A stretch of DNA of 49,855 bases from the NCBI GenBank assembly GCA_003971905.1, contig RSEE01000126.1, positions 124,001 through 173,855 on the forward strand, read 5' to 3'. A program made the translations under genes and the position numbers. Under the pieces are notes generated by a model. The model was not told the DNA's origin. It did no database searches and was given only the letters and a program-made list of their open reading frames with translations. Source of the DNA: Moniliella sp. 'wahieum' (taxonomy: Eukaryota). Below are positions 26,095-37,272 of this stretch, one piece after another. Within the stretch, counting starts at the first letter, position 1. Every line of letters begins with the position of its first letter.

Positions 26095-27275
26095 GCGCCT
26101 CCGTCCCTTTGTGTGTCCCGCGCAGCGGATGTCTGGATGGTGGGGGGCGTTTATGACCTCCCCCTCCCCGTTTTTCCCCTTCCCCTTCCCCTTCCCTTCC
26201 CCCGCCCCCCCTTTTCTTTTTTCTCCCTCTTCTACGAACGGGTGTCCTGCCCTCTGCGCCCCCACTTGCACCACGATACCACCCCCCCCCCCCCCCCCGC
26301 AGGACGCACCGCACGGTGTATGCCATGTCACATGTTCTATGTTTAGTCTTGATTGACCGGCCGATGCTATAGTAACTCCTCCCCTCCTCCCCCCTCGCAT
26401 TGCTCTTGGCTGTTGCTCGTGCTTTGCTCTTGCTTTTGCCTTGCCCTTGCCCTTCCTCCTCCTTTTTTCTCTTCCTTTCACTGCCCACTGCACTGCCGGT
26501 GCTCGTGACTGTGTAATGACTGCCATGCAATTCCACCTTCAACGTTGAGTTCAACTTCAGCTGAACAGCTATAGGAACAGTAGCCGTAGCACCAACCGTA
26601 CCCGTACCAGGAATCATCTCCTAGTCTAATCGTCTCTCGCCTGCTCGGACGCACCGCACATCAGCTGGCGCACGACGCCGTCCCATCCACACCGTGCCCC
26701 CGGGCGCGCAGAGCATGAGGCGCACACGCGGCCCGAGGACGCGAACCGACGAGGGACAAGTAGGGTCCTACTTACGCGTGCCATAGGACTCGTCGCCGCC
26801 GCGCGATGGGCGCAGCGCCGTGCGGCAGACGACCAACCAGGGCTGAGTTGCCGTCGGTCGCACCCGGCCGTACGGCCAGCGCGGGCACGTCCCCTCCAGC
26901 GTCCTCGGCACCGTCCTGGGCACGTCGCATGTCGCACATCGTAGCGTTCTTCTGAACTCTGAACGCTCTGCCCCACACCCCCTCCGACCTGGTCCACAGC
27001 CCCCGTCAGCCGAGCACAAGACAGGAACAGAGGGGCCCAACCCAACCTGCTGCCGGACGCTGGACGCTGGATGCGCCACGCCAACCCCCAGCCTGCTCTA
27101 TGGGCTGTCTAATCGGAACTCTGGCGCGGGGCCTCGCCCTCGGGACGGGACATAAGGCACGTAGCCCTCCGCACACATCCGCCGCGACACGTCGACACGG
27201 CGAGAAGGGTACCCGGTACGTGAATAAGAGGAAATCCAATTGTCCTGGCCGACCCACCGCGGCGGGCTACTGTCC

Positions 27276-29296
27276 TTAGGAACAGCGGGGGAGGGGGGAA
27301 CGCACCAGCGCAGCGGGGACCGGTGGCGTGCGCTTGCTACGGCTTGCTCCTCGACGGTACGCTACTCTTCGTCGCTGTCGCCAAAGAGACAAAGCCCTTT
27401 TTCGGCGGGCACCCCAGAGCACCCGGCGCCATGCGCATTGAGCTTGGCGCACCAGGCAGCGCGTGCGCCGACGGCTCGGCATTGGGATGGGATGGGGATT
27501 GGGGTTGGGATTGGGATCAGGACCGCGCGGGCCACGCAGCGGACCGGTACGTGGACCCCGTCGTCCCCAGGCACCAAAAGCACTCCCGGCCTCGCGGGCA
27601 ACCAACTTGGGTGGCGGCGCGGCAGGCCAGTCGGTCCCGCTGCCCGGCTGAGCGCCGGCCGCGGGTGCCGCGGGCAAAGTGAGTTGCGTCTCGAGCGATT
27701 GCAGCTGCGCCAGTTTGGCTGGGTCGACCAAGAATGATTCTCCATCCCCCGACCTGGTTGTACAGACGACCGAGAGACAAACAGACCAGCAGACCGATAG
27801 ACCGACAGACCAACGTGGGTGAAGAGCAAAGAGAGGGCAAGACGTCCCTGGGTTAGGCACGGTCGATGCGACAAGCAGGAGGCAGAAAACGTACGGGAAG
27901 GAATCGGGTCGCCACCAGGTGCGCCAATCGGATCCCATGATGGTGCACCAGTTGCGGTGTGGTCCAACGTCGTAAATGTTGATCTGGTTGGCCTGGCGAC
28001 GCAGACGCGCGCGTTCCTTGAGCGTCAGCGGCGCGCCCGCCGCAGGCCCCGCGTGCTCGCGGTCACGTCCCTGCCGAGCCTGCGACGGAGAGAGACGAAG
28101 GTGGGTTGGAGACGGGGCGGAGACGGAGGCGGACGCGGTTGCCACCCTCGAGGCTCTCGAGGGTAGTGCGGTTGCGCAGGATGAGGTAGAGATGGTACGA
28201 CATGAACGGTCCCACCGCCACCCCAAACACAAATGCCAGCAGGAGCAGGACGAGGAGCGTCAACGCCGACGCGTCCTCCAGCTCGTCCAGCGTCGCCCAG
28301 AGCGCATGGCCACTCACCCCACCCACCCACGCACAGTAGATCGTAATGTACACCAGAAACAAAAAGAACGCCTTGTGCGTCCGCCAGCCCACGCACGCCG
28401 ACGCCAGCCAGGGACAGTGGTGGTCCATCCGCAGCACGCACCGGTCACACGAACTGCAGTGGTGCGCTCGGTCCGGCTTGAGAACGGGCGGAACGCACTT
28501 GTTGCACCACCGTTCCTTGCCATTGCTCTTGAGCGTCAGCGCCGACATGCGCACCGCCCTCCCGCGCCCAGAGCGGCGCGCACCCGACACGCCATCCGCC
28601 CCGCGGTCCGACCCAGCAGGCGCACCATCTTGCGCACCAGGTCCCAGTAACGGCGCTTCGTCGTCCTCGGCATCGCCCTCGGTTTCAGCATGCTCCTCCT
28701 GCCCTGCGCGCACCGGCGCACCGGCTGCCTCGGCCTGGAGCGGATGGCGCGGCGAGGGCACTCGCGCCGCAGGCGCCGTGCGCGCCGCAGGACCAGTAAA
28801 CGGTAAGGCGGAGGCATACTGCCCCGAGGGGAACAAAGGGTGGGGAGGCGAGGAGGTGCGCGGTGGCGCGGGCGGATGATAATGATAATAATGACGAGGG
28901 TGGTGGGGATGGTGGTCGTGCTCGTGGCGGCGACGAGAGCGAGTGCGGATGCGGGGGCGGCGCAGCGCCCCTGTTCATGCCTGCTTCGAGGTCGGCGGCG
29001 CGCGGGCGGGCATAGCCGGGGAGCGGAAACAGGCAATGGCGTACGCCCAGAGCGCGAGCGCAGCCAGGACGTACGTCGGCAGCGCCACGGCGAGTGCGGC
29101 GGCGAGCGAAGCGCGCGCGGCGGAGCCAGAAGCGGACCGCAACTGCCGCGGTGACGGCGAGCGTGGTGTAGCCGACGAGGCCGAGCACGAGCACGACAGG
29201 CGCCCAGCGGCCAACGGCGCGCAGGACGCCCGCGGCGGTGGCGACGGTGCTGCTGCCGCTGCCCGCGGCCGGGGCGGCGGCCAAGCGGCGGAACAT
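27276..29296 (-). CDS. PFA3: DHHC palmitoyltransferase, Pfa3-like
   Basis: KSNGKERWCNKC...KPDRAHHCSSCDRCVLRMDHHCPWL...CVGWRTHKAFFLFL, NRTTLE, NIYDVG..RNW, and GDGESF after intron 27754-27894. The DHHC family call is firm; Pfa3 orthology is inferred. Confidence 0.88.
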
Positions 29297-29605
29297 GCTG
29301 GGAGAAGCCCAAGGCAGTGGAGGCGGCCGGTCGTGACCGATTAACCCGCCGGCGCCACCGCCCGCAACCCTACTGGCGCGCCGGCCAGCGCCCCCGGGAC
29401 GCCCCGGACGGAGGACTAAAAAAGTCACAAGTCGCAAGTCTGAACCCATATAACTCTGGGTAGTATGATCCTCCCTTCCTCGCTCTTCTTCCTCACATGC
29501 ACTACGTCGCAGGCCCACCCTTCCCTTGGCATCCATCTCCATCTCAATCGTAATCGCAATTCAATCCCAATCCCAATCCCAATGTCGATGCGGCGCGTGC
29601 GCGGC

Positions 29606-31562
29606 TCACCAGAGCCGGTGGTTCTGATGGTTCAGTGTGCGCACGTCGAGGTTTTGCCAGAACACCATCGGCACCCACGCTGCCACATAGAGCGCGGCCG
29701 ACATGATGTACAGGATCTGCATCATGTCCTTGTACGCATTGTCGGTGGCGATGCGTGTGGGCGTGCCGGGCGCGGCGGCGATCTGTTTCTGGACGCTGCC
29801 AAAGATCGGTTTCCAGTCGACGCCGAGCGGATCGAGATGTTTCTGCAGCTTGCGCGGCATCAACGACGTCCATGTCGCCGAGGCAATCGACGAGCCAATC
29901 GCACCCCCAATCGAGGTCATGAACCCTTCGATGGCCAACACCGACGCAATGTCGCTCTGCGACGACACGGCCATCACCGTCACTTGCTCTCCGCCGTCAC
30001 AATAATCCCGCCCCGCCGCCAATCGACAGCACCACCATGCCCCTCGTAGCGCCAGCGGTAAACGTGAGCATGACACAGACGCCCAGAATGGTAAGCGGCA
30101 TGCCAATAAACAGTGACTGGTACTTGATGTGCCCGTCCCAGTACATGATAATCACCCCAAGCACAACACAGGTGAAGCAGGATACCACGTCGTAGATGTT
30201 GTTCATGTACGACGCGTCCTGGATGCCCTTGTTGTACAGAACCAGGTTTTGCGAGTACCACCACGTGTCCCAGATGAACCAGGATAGGTACAAGAACAGA
30301 CACATGAGGTACACAAACACCACCGTGCGGTTGCGCAGCACGTACAGCGGGCAACTGATACGGCGCCACGTACACTTCGTACAGGAAGAAGGCCACAATC
30401 AAAAAGAAGCCGACAATGATAAAATGCGATAATCATGGCAGAACGCCATTGGTCCTTTTGGTCGCTGTACAGATTGAACGCCAGCAGGAACAAGGAGAAG
30501 CCCGTGCCAACGATCAGGATGCCAATCACGTCAAACTGCCAGAAATAAAAGTTGAGCCACTTGACAAATGTGTTGCGTTCCTTGCTGCCGGCATTGGGGC
30601 GAATGTACCCACGGTCCCGAGCCTGCTTGGTCTTGTAAAAGTACATGGCCAGGAACGGAGCAAAGACGACGGGCAGGATGATGGCCCACATGCCAAACAT
30701 CCAGCGCTGGTACGACCGAGAACGCAAGATTTGCTCGGCTTTGTTGGCATACCACCCCGAGTCGGACGCATCGGCGAGATCCAACAGGTGATGATAAAGG
30801 GCGACGACATGTAGCCCAGCAGGAAAGCACGACGCTTGAGACTGGTCGTGTCGGCGACAAAAATGCTAAAGGACAAGTCGATGGCGCTAGAACCAAAGCT
30901 GCTAAAGATCTGGGCTACCAGCCACGTTGCCGCGTTCCCCGCTCCGGCCATCATAATCAATCCAACAACGTAGGAAGCCAGCGCCACACTCAGCGCTTGT
31001 GGACGACCCCAGAAATTCATCAGCTTGGCAAATGGCAACTTGCCAATCGCACCCACCAACTGCGTAATCGTCGACAGACACGCCGTCAGACCGTGCGAGT
31101 CAAACCACACACTCAGCACAAACGTGCTGAGGGAGCCAGAAAAGGTGTTGAGGAAGGCCAGCGTGAAATTGATGATCCAAATGCTGCGGAGAAAGAGGAG
31201 AACGTGTTAATGCACAAAAACGTCTCGCTCGGCTGGGCTGGACTCTGGGCTGGCTTGGCTTGATAGCCCAGGGGAGGGTTCACTCACAGGACAAAGGCAA
31301 TGAAGAGCTCGCGCTTGGTCCAGACGAGCATCGCAGCCTGCGCCGAGGCTGTGCCGGATTCCGCAGCGGCCACTTCACCCTCGGGCAGGGCGACCTGGAG
31401 AGGCCCTTCGACGTAGGCGGCTACGCCCTCTTGGTCTTTGCCGTGTCCGCCGAACGCAGGAAGCTGGGAGGGCGGATCGTGGTCGGGATGTTTTTCGTCG
31501 GAAGCAACGTTGGACGCATTGCTGTCGTGCTGTTGGAACACGTGCTTTTCGGACAGCTCCAT
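29606..31562 (-). CDS. Siderophore-iron transporter, MFS MirB/Str1-like
   Basis: AQAAMLVWTKRELFIAF, intron 31184-31287 (GTGAGT...CAG), GAIGKLPFAKLMNFWGRPQ, IFVADTTSLKRRAF, QFDVIGILIV and SIGGAIGSSIA...GTPTRIA..AY. An alternative ATG lies at 31619. Several frameshifts. Confidence 0.88.
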
Positions 31563-31964
31563 GGGCGCAGGGCTCGGCGCCGGCGGCGCACGGGCACGGG
31601 AAAAGGGGAAGGACACCATGGTGTTGGCACGCGCAGGTGGGGCTGCTGTCCCAGGAAGAAGGGGGGGAGGGCGAGTAGGCTAGTAGCAGTGCGGCGGAGA
31701 CTCGGAGGGATTCCAGCGCGGACAGAGGCAGCTGGTGTGGGTGTATATAGTGGGTGAGTGTCTACTAACGCTTCAATACCAACTCCGTTCGGGGGAAAAG
31801 CGCACAGCGAGTGCGAGACAGGGGGGGCGGCCGTGGCGGCGGCGGGGAGCACCGGCGGGGCGCCAGCCGAGTGCCTGCCAATGGCCAGCAGACGGCCTGC
31901 TCGGCCTCGCCGGGCACCTAACGCCGGGCTGAACCATGGCTGATGTGTGATGGCTAAGCGGGGC

Positions 31965-32048
31965 ATCTGATAAGCAGCTGGGGGAATCATTTCTCCTGCG
32001 GCCTGGTGCTGGGAAGGCTGCGATCCGCCATGCTGCTGGGATCTGATA
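31965..32048. promoter_or_regulatory. Two iron-responsive GATA-like sites: ATCTGATAAG (31965) and ATCTGATA (32041)
   Basis: 31965-31973 is an exact ATCWGATAA match. Both sites lie 400-480 bp upstream of the minus-strand siderophore transporter. Confidence 0.55.
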
Positions 32049-35000
32049 TTGATATTGAATTGCTCCCACCCCCAAATCCAACAAGGCACCCAAGCCCCCC
32101 AGGCACCCACGCGAGCCGGAAGCCGCCCGCGAGAGCGACTCTGCCGACGCTGAGCCCGTCTCGCACGCGCACTCGCACTCGCGCCTCGCCTGCCGCCCAG
32201 AGACAGTCCCTAGCCAGGTCACGCACACGAGCGAACGACTGTGACGTGACTAGGCTGCGACTCGTGCCTCACCACGAGACTGCTGCTACGCCACGAATAC
32301 CAAGTGTGTCAGTCGTTCGTGCACTCGCCAGCGACACGTGTTTTCGTCCCGCGTGTTCGACCGTTGCTCTCCCCTCTTCTCCCCTTCCTTGCATGAGATT
32401 GAATACCCTGTCAACTAGGTTCCCTTGAAGCTTGGGGCCAGTAGCGATCGATGCACGGCTATACTGTCCTGGTGACCATTGGGCGCGGCGTAGATACGCC
32501 CAAACCCACGGCACCTCCAGGGGCCTCTGCCTCACCAGTAAAAAAATTAAGCGTCGCCAAGCCAAGTCGCCCCTGTGAGTCCGGTGGCTCATCCTACGCC
32601 TTGAACTTGGAAGCGAGCAAACCTTGATTCTCCGAGTAGTAGCAGGCCGCAAGGGGCATCAGCGCATCAGCGCTCGGCGCATCAGCGCGTCGGCGCCCTC
32701 AGCTTCAGTCCACAGCGTTGGAAGAAGGACCGCAGAATCCTTGGCCAACGTGCCACCCCATGGTTCTGACACTCTTCCTGTTCCAGAGCGGCTTGTCGGC
32801 ACCAGGGTTTGCTGTTCCAGCTCTCAGGATCCAGCAGTGCGTTCATTTTGCAATACGCAGGTACCCAGTAGGCAGGTATCCACAGTACTCAGGTACCCAC
32901 AGTACTGCCCAGGCACCCATGGTACCCAGGTACCCACAGGACTCGGTGTACTACTACGCAGGTAATACGCACCAGTACAGCCAATTTTCCCCGGGCTCAC
33001 AATTCGTGTTTCGCCGAGCCTCGCATTCCATCTGATTAATGATTCCTCAACCACAACACTCCTCCAGGCCGGGCGTATATAACTTTTGGCTTTGGGCCTT
33101 CCACTGGGCCCCTGACTCGGGCTATAATGGTACCTGTTGTCCCACTCCGCCTCTCCCCTTGAAGTTTGAGCTTGCAGGTACTCAGCGCATTGGGGGTTGA
33201 GGCCATTGAGGACGGTGAGGCCTCCGGTCTTACCTGTGTGGACATCAAGCGCGCACTCAGAAGCCTTGCACCGTCATGCCCCGGCGCGTTGCCGGATTGG
33301 GCCATCGTAGATGCGAAAGTGAGGTCCTAGCCTCGCCGCATCCAGGCCAGCAAGCTACGTGCATATCCCCTGTCCCGCTGTATTGGTTTGAGGGGGGGGG
33401 GTACCCTATTTACTACTACGACTTGATTCTTTCATGCTGATCAGTCTGCGCGCGTACGAGACGAGGTATCTCCGAGGTCGCATGCTACGACACACCGCTA
33501 CCAGACTAGCACAGTGGCCATTTTGTTCTGGCTGCAGCAGCGAGGACGGGGGGGCGATCGCGCTACTGGTATTGAGTTACGTCAAAAAGTTCATCTTCCA
33601 TCCTCATCTTCTTGTGCTCGCGCTCTGATTGGACGTGAGGCGATACCTGAATGGCGAGGTCGAGCTTACGAACTAAGCATTCTTTCCCCGCCCAACGGCA
33701 TCGGAAACTACACCCGTTCCCCAAGGAGAAAGCAGGTGAGAGAATCCAAAGCAGACGGAGCAGCGTCACCGCCGACATGTGGTATGCCACAAATGGCGTG
33801 CCATCGGGCTGGACAGGGTAGTGGTGGCGGTAGAGGTGAACGAGCAGCATGCACCCCGGTTATCGATCCAGAGAAGTATGTCCATACCCGGCATGCCATG
33901 CACTCCAAACAATGCGCGGGTCGGGAGGAAACCCTTGCAGTCCAAGCTGGGCGTATGGCATACTTGGAAAAGTCAAGGCAGTAGATGAAGACCATGAGGT
34001 TGTGAGTAGGGGTGGGGGAGGGCATGCATTGAGGAAAATGTAAACAGTAACATTAGAAACCCATCGGAGCAGCAAATATGATACCACCGCCATGGGGTGG
34101 GATCCCCTCGCCAAGTGGATTGCACATTTGGCAAGTCCAGCGGCAAAGGCCCTGATCCCGATACGACGACCGTGCCCATCGGTTCCCCCAATTTTATCAG
34201 CGCATCAAAGCATATTTTAATCGACTGTGTGCCTGGTAGATAGTCGGAACAGGGAATAGACGCATGGGAAGAAGACAAACGGACCATGGTGTTACTGGCA
34301 GATCTTGTCATCCGCCCTTTCTTTGTGTGGTTGACTACAACACTGGATCAAAGCAGTGTCCGATAGCGCGTGGCCTGCTTTTCAGTGTTAGTTTCGTCCA
34401 AGTACGAGGGAATTGACGTGAAGAAGAAGACAACACTTGATCAGGGCGTCCCCTGCCTTCCCAGTGGAACCAGCGCGGCAGCCACACATCAGGGATCGGG
34501 CATGGCGCCTTAAGAGCAGGGGCCGTGACTGGTGGATGGAATAGTGGTGCCGTGGACTAGGGCACCCTCCGACGAGAGCAGTCTGCCGGACAGATGGCCA
34601 GTCGATGGGTGCCAGAGAGCGGGAAGGAGGGTACGCGTGAAGCAAAGAGCGGAGCGGTGGTGTGGAGAGGAGACGGGACAATGGCATGGACGTCGAACCG
34701 GCTGAGTGCGCCTGAGCCTGGGCACCAGCCTAGGCTAGCAGCTATCCGATATCACACACGCCACGTGTCACAGCAGCATCGATCCGATGTCTCACCGATC
34801 GTCGATCACCGGTCACCATGCATCGCTGCGTCGGAGCGGGTGGGGCGGCGGCTTACGGCAGAGCGGCTTCCGGCATGGCAGGCGGTTATTTGCCCCAGAT
34901 CGACGCCGCCAGGCGCAGCGGCGATTGAACTAACGCCATTGCAAGCTGACGGCCATCGCTTATCCCCACCTTTTGGCTGTGCGCCCACGGCGGGCGAGTT

Positions 35001-36061
35001 GAGCGCAATGGGGGAGGAGCGTCGGTCGGTGCCCTTCAAGAACTTACCTGAGGTCTGCGATGATCGATGAGGCGGATGAACACCATGTGGTTCAGAGCAG
35101 CTGTGCCATTTGTTCACCCATCCAACACAGTTGGTAAGGATTCTCGACCCTCTCCATCTACGCAGCCTCTGCTGTTACGTGTTAAAAGGAGGGCGCCGAG
35201 CTTGTCGCTTTGCCTCCGTCACGCCATCCTCCCTTGTCCGTTTTCAGTGCCTCAGCAGCACACACCGACTTGGTCTCTATAGCTGCTCGTGTTTTGGTCT
35301 TCTGGTGGTAGGAACAACAATAGCCAAGCAGTGACTAAGTGATGCATGATCTGGCATATCATGCGAATCTGGACCGATGAAAGCAAACGTCGCCAAGCGC
35401 CAGCAGCAGACTCGCAGAGTGGCCTGCTGCAGAAAAGCTCGCGTCCACTGCATCCTCAGTCCCAAGATCTGAGACTCAGTACTCAGTCTGAGTACTCTGA
35501 GTACTCAGTACTGATACTCAGTGACTAAGTAGTGACTTGGTCCTCTCAGTTGCTCGTTGCGTGATACATACTGGGGCCAGTGTGGTACTACTCAGCTTTT
35601 GTCATTATGCACATCTCGGAGAGTACGCCGACAGGGGCAGTGCGCGAGCTGTCTCCACCGGACGCCCCCGGGGCGCGATGGTGTGGGTGCACGGGCACAA
35701 AGCGGTGTAGTGCCAGTGTGTCGCCCCATCTCCGTCCGAGCAAGGGCTGGGACATGGGGGGGGGCGCACAGCTGGCACCGGAGCACCGCCGCAAAAACGC
35801 CACAGGCACCCGGAGTACGGCGGCCCACACCGCCGCCGTGCGCCCCCAGGCGGCCCCCACCAGCCACTTCGCATGCCCAACGCGCGTTCGACGCGGACAC
35901 CAGAATGGGACGCCTTTGGCACAGCCATAACAACCGTATATCCTGGTGGGCGAAGGGGTTATATACTTCCGCTCGTGTGCGCTTCCCAAGCTGGCCCTTG
36001 AGCCTCTTTGCCCCCTCCTCTGCCCTTTGCCCCCTCCTCCGCCCTCCGCCCATCTGCCCCC

Positions 36062-36612
36062 ATGCGCTTCTACCTCCTTGCCGCGGCTGCTCTGGCGTCC
36101 GCACACTCTGCGTCCGCCTTCATCAACGCGTGGTACTTCCCCGACTCGGTCGTAGGCGGCGAAGAGGTACGTTTACGTCCCTACTCCCGCTTTGCTCTCT
36201 CTCTTCTCCCCCGTCTTACCCCCACCCTCTTCGATTCCCCTCCCCCCGGCCTCATTCCCTTTGTTGACCTTCTCTCCCTCTGCTCTCTTGCCCAGTTCAA
36301 CGTCACCGTGCACAATGGCAACAGCCAAAGCGCAGGAACAGTGTACGCGTTCTCTTTGGCCTCGACAGCCGCACCCAACTGGCCGAGTCGGAGCTGGGAA
36401 CCAACCCGTTTGGCTGGTATGACGTTTCGGACCACCCCAACGCCCAGGACAAGCACGGCAACACTACGATTACCCTCCGCGCGCCCGTGCTTGGTCACAT
36501 GGATGTTCCCGGCAAGGCCAACTTGACCGGCGCTGTCTTCGACACGTTCGGCGGCCTCACTACCCCTGGGGTGGGCACCTATCGTAAGCTCGTCAACTAC
36601 TCTACCAAGTAA
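36062..36612 (+). CDS. Small secreted protein (~140 aa), NIS1-like effector candidate
   Basis: Signal peptide MRFYLLAAAALASAHSASA. Intron 36167-36295. One frameshift near 36375 restores ...SELGTNPFGWYDV...NTTITLRAP...GKANLTGAVFDTFGGLTTPGVGTYRKLVNYSTK* (TAA 36610-36612). Confidence 0.7.
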
Positions 36613-37272
36613 GGGAAAATGTAGGACCCTGCGACGGCAATCTCTTTCCTCCGGCCCCTCCGCCTCTGGTATCTCCATCCGCCACCTTACTTGCTTCAGA
36701 ACCCCTGTCCTCTCTTCTCGATTTGAATCTGTTAGGGGCGCTCCGGCGGGTGTATCTCCAGACGCAGAGCCCTGCGTGCCGTATAAACGTCTTGTAGGAG
36801 GCGAGCAAGGCAGGGGTCAGAATGGTGGGGGTGCAGTCATCGATCATCGATCGGTAAGAGTAGCGAGAGGGAGTCAGCGGTGACCGGTGAGGCCAGTTCT
36901 AGATCTTGCGCTTGAAGTTTGAAGCTGAATGAATACCATCGGCATCGAAAACAATACCGCTCCTTATTGAGGTTGAGCAGCACCGTCGCTTCTTCAGACG
37001 GACACCTTGTCGATGCTGCAGGCATCCATCCTCTGCGGCCCGCCATGGCCGCATGAACTGATCGGCACAATGCGTTGTGCGCATGAAGAGCTCTGTTGCT
37101 GCTGAGGCAGCGCACCAGCCTCGCCTGGCAAATATCTCTGTCCGTCACAAACAATATCACCGCCCAAACACATCCTATTTAGCCACCCGCCCGAAGGAAC
37201 GAAGGAGCGAAGTGGAGGCCGCGGCGTGGGCAGAACGTTGGTTTGCCCCCCCACCTGCGCTGCTGTGGAAGC

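Noticed and set aside
5122..31562. Calling the frameshifted genes pseudogenes or programmed frameshifts
   Set aside because: The breaks affect all genes, including housekeeping ones, and also the rRNA. They cluster at homopolymers, so sequencing error is the simpler explanation.
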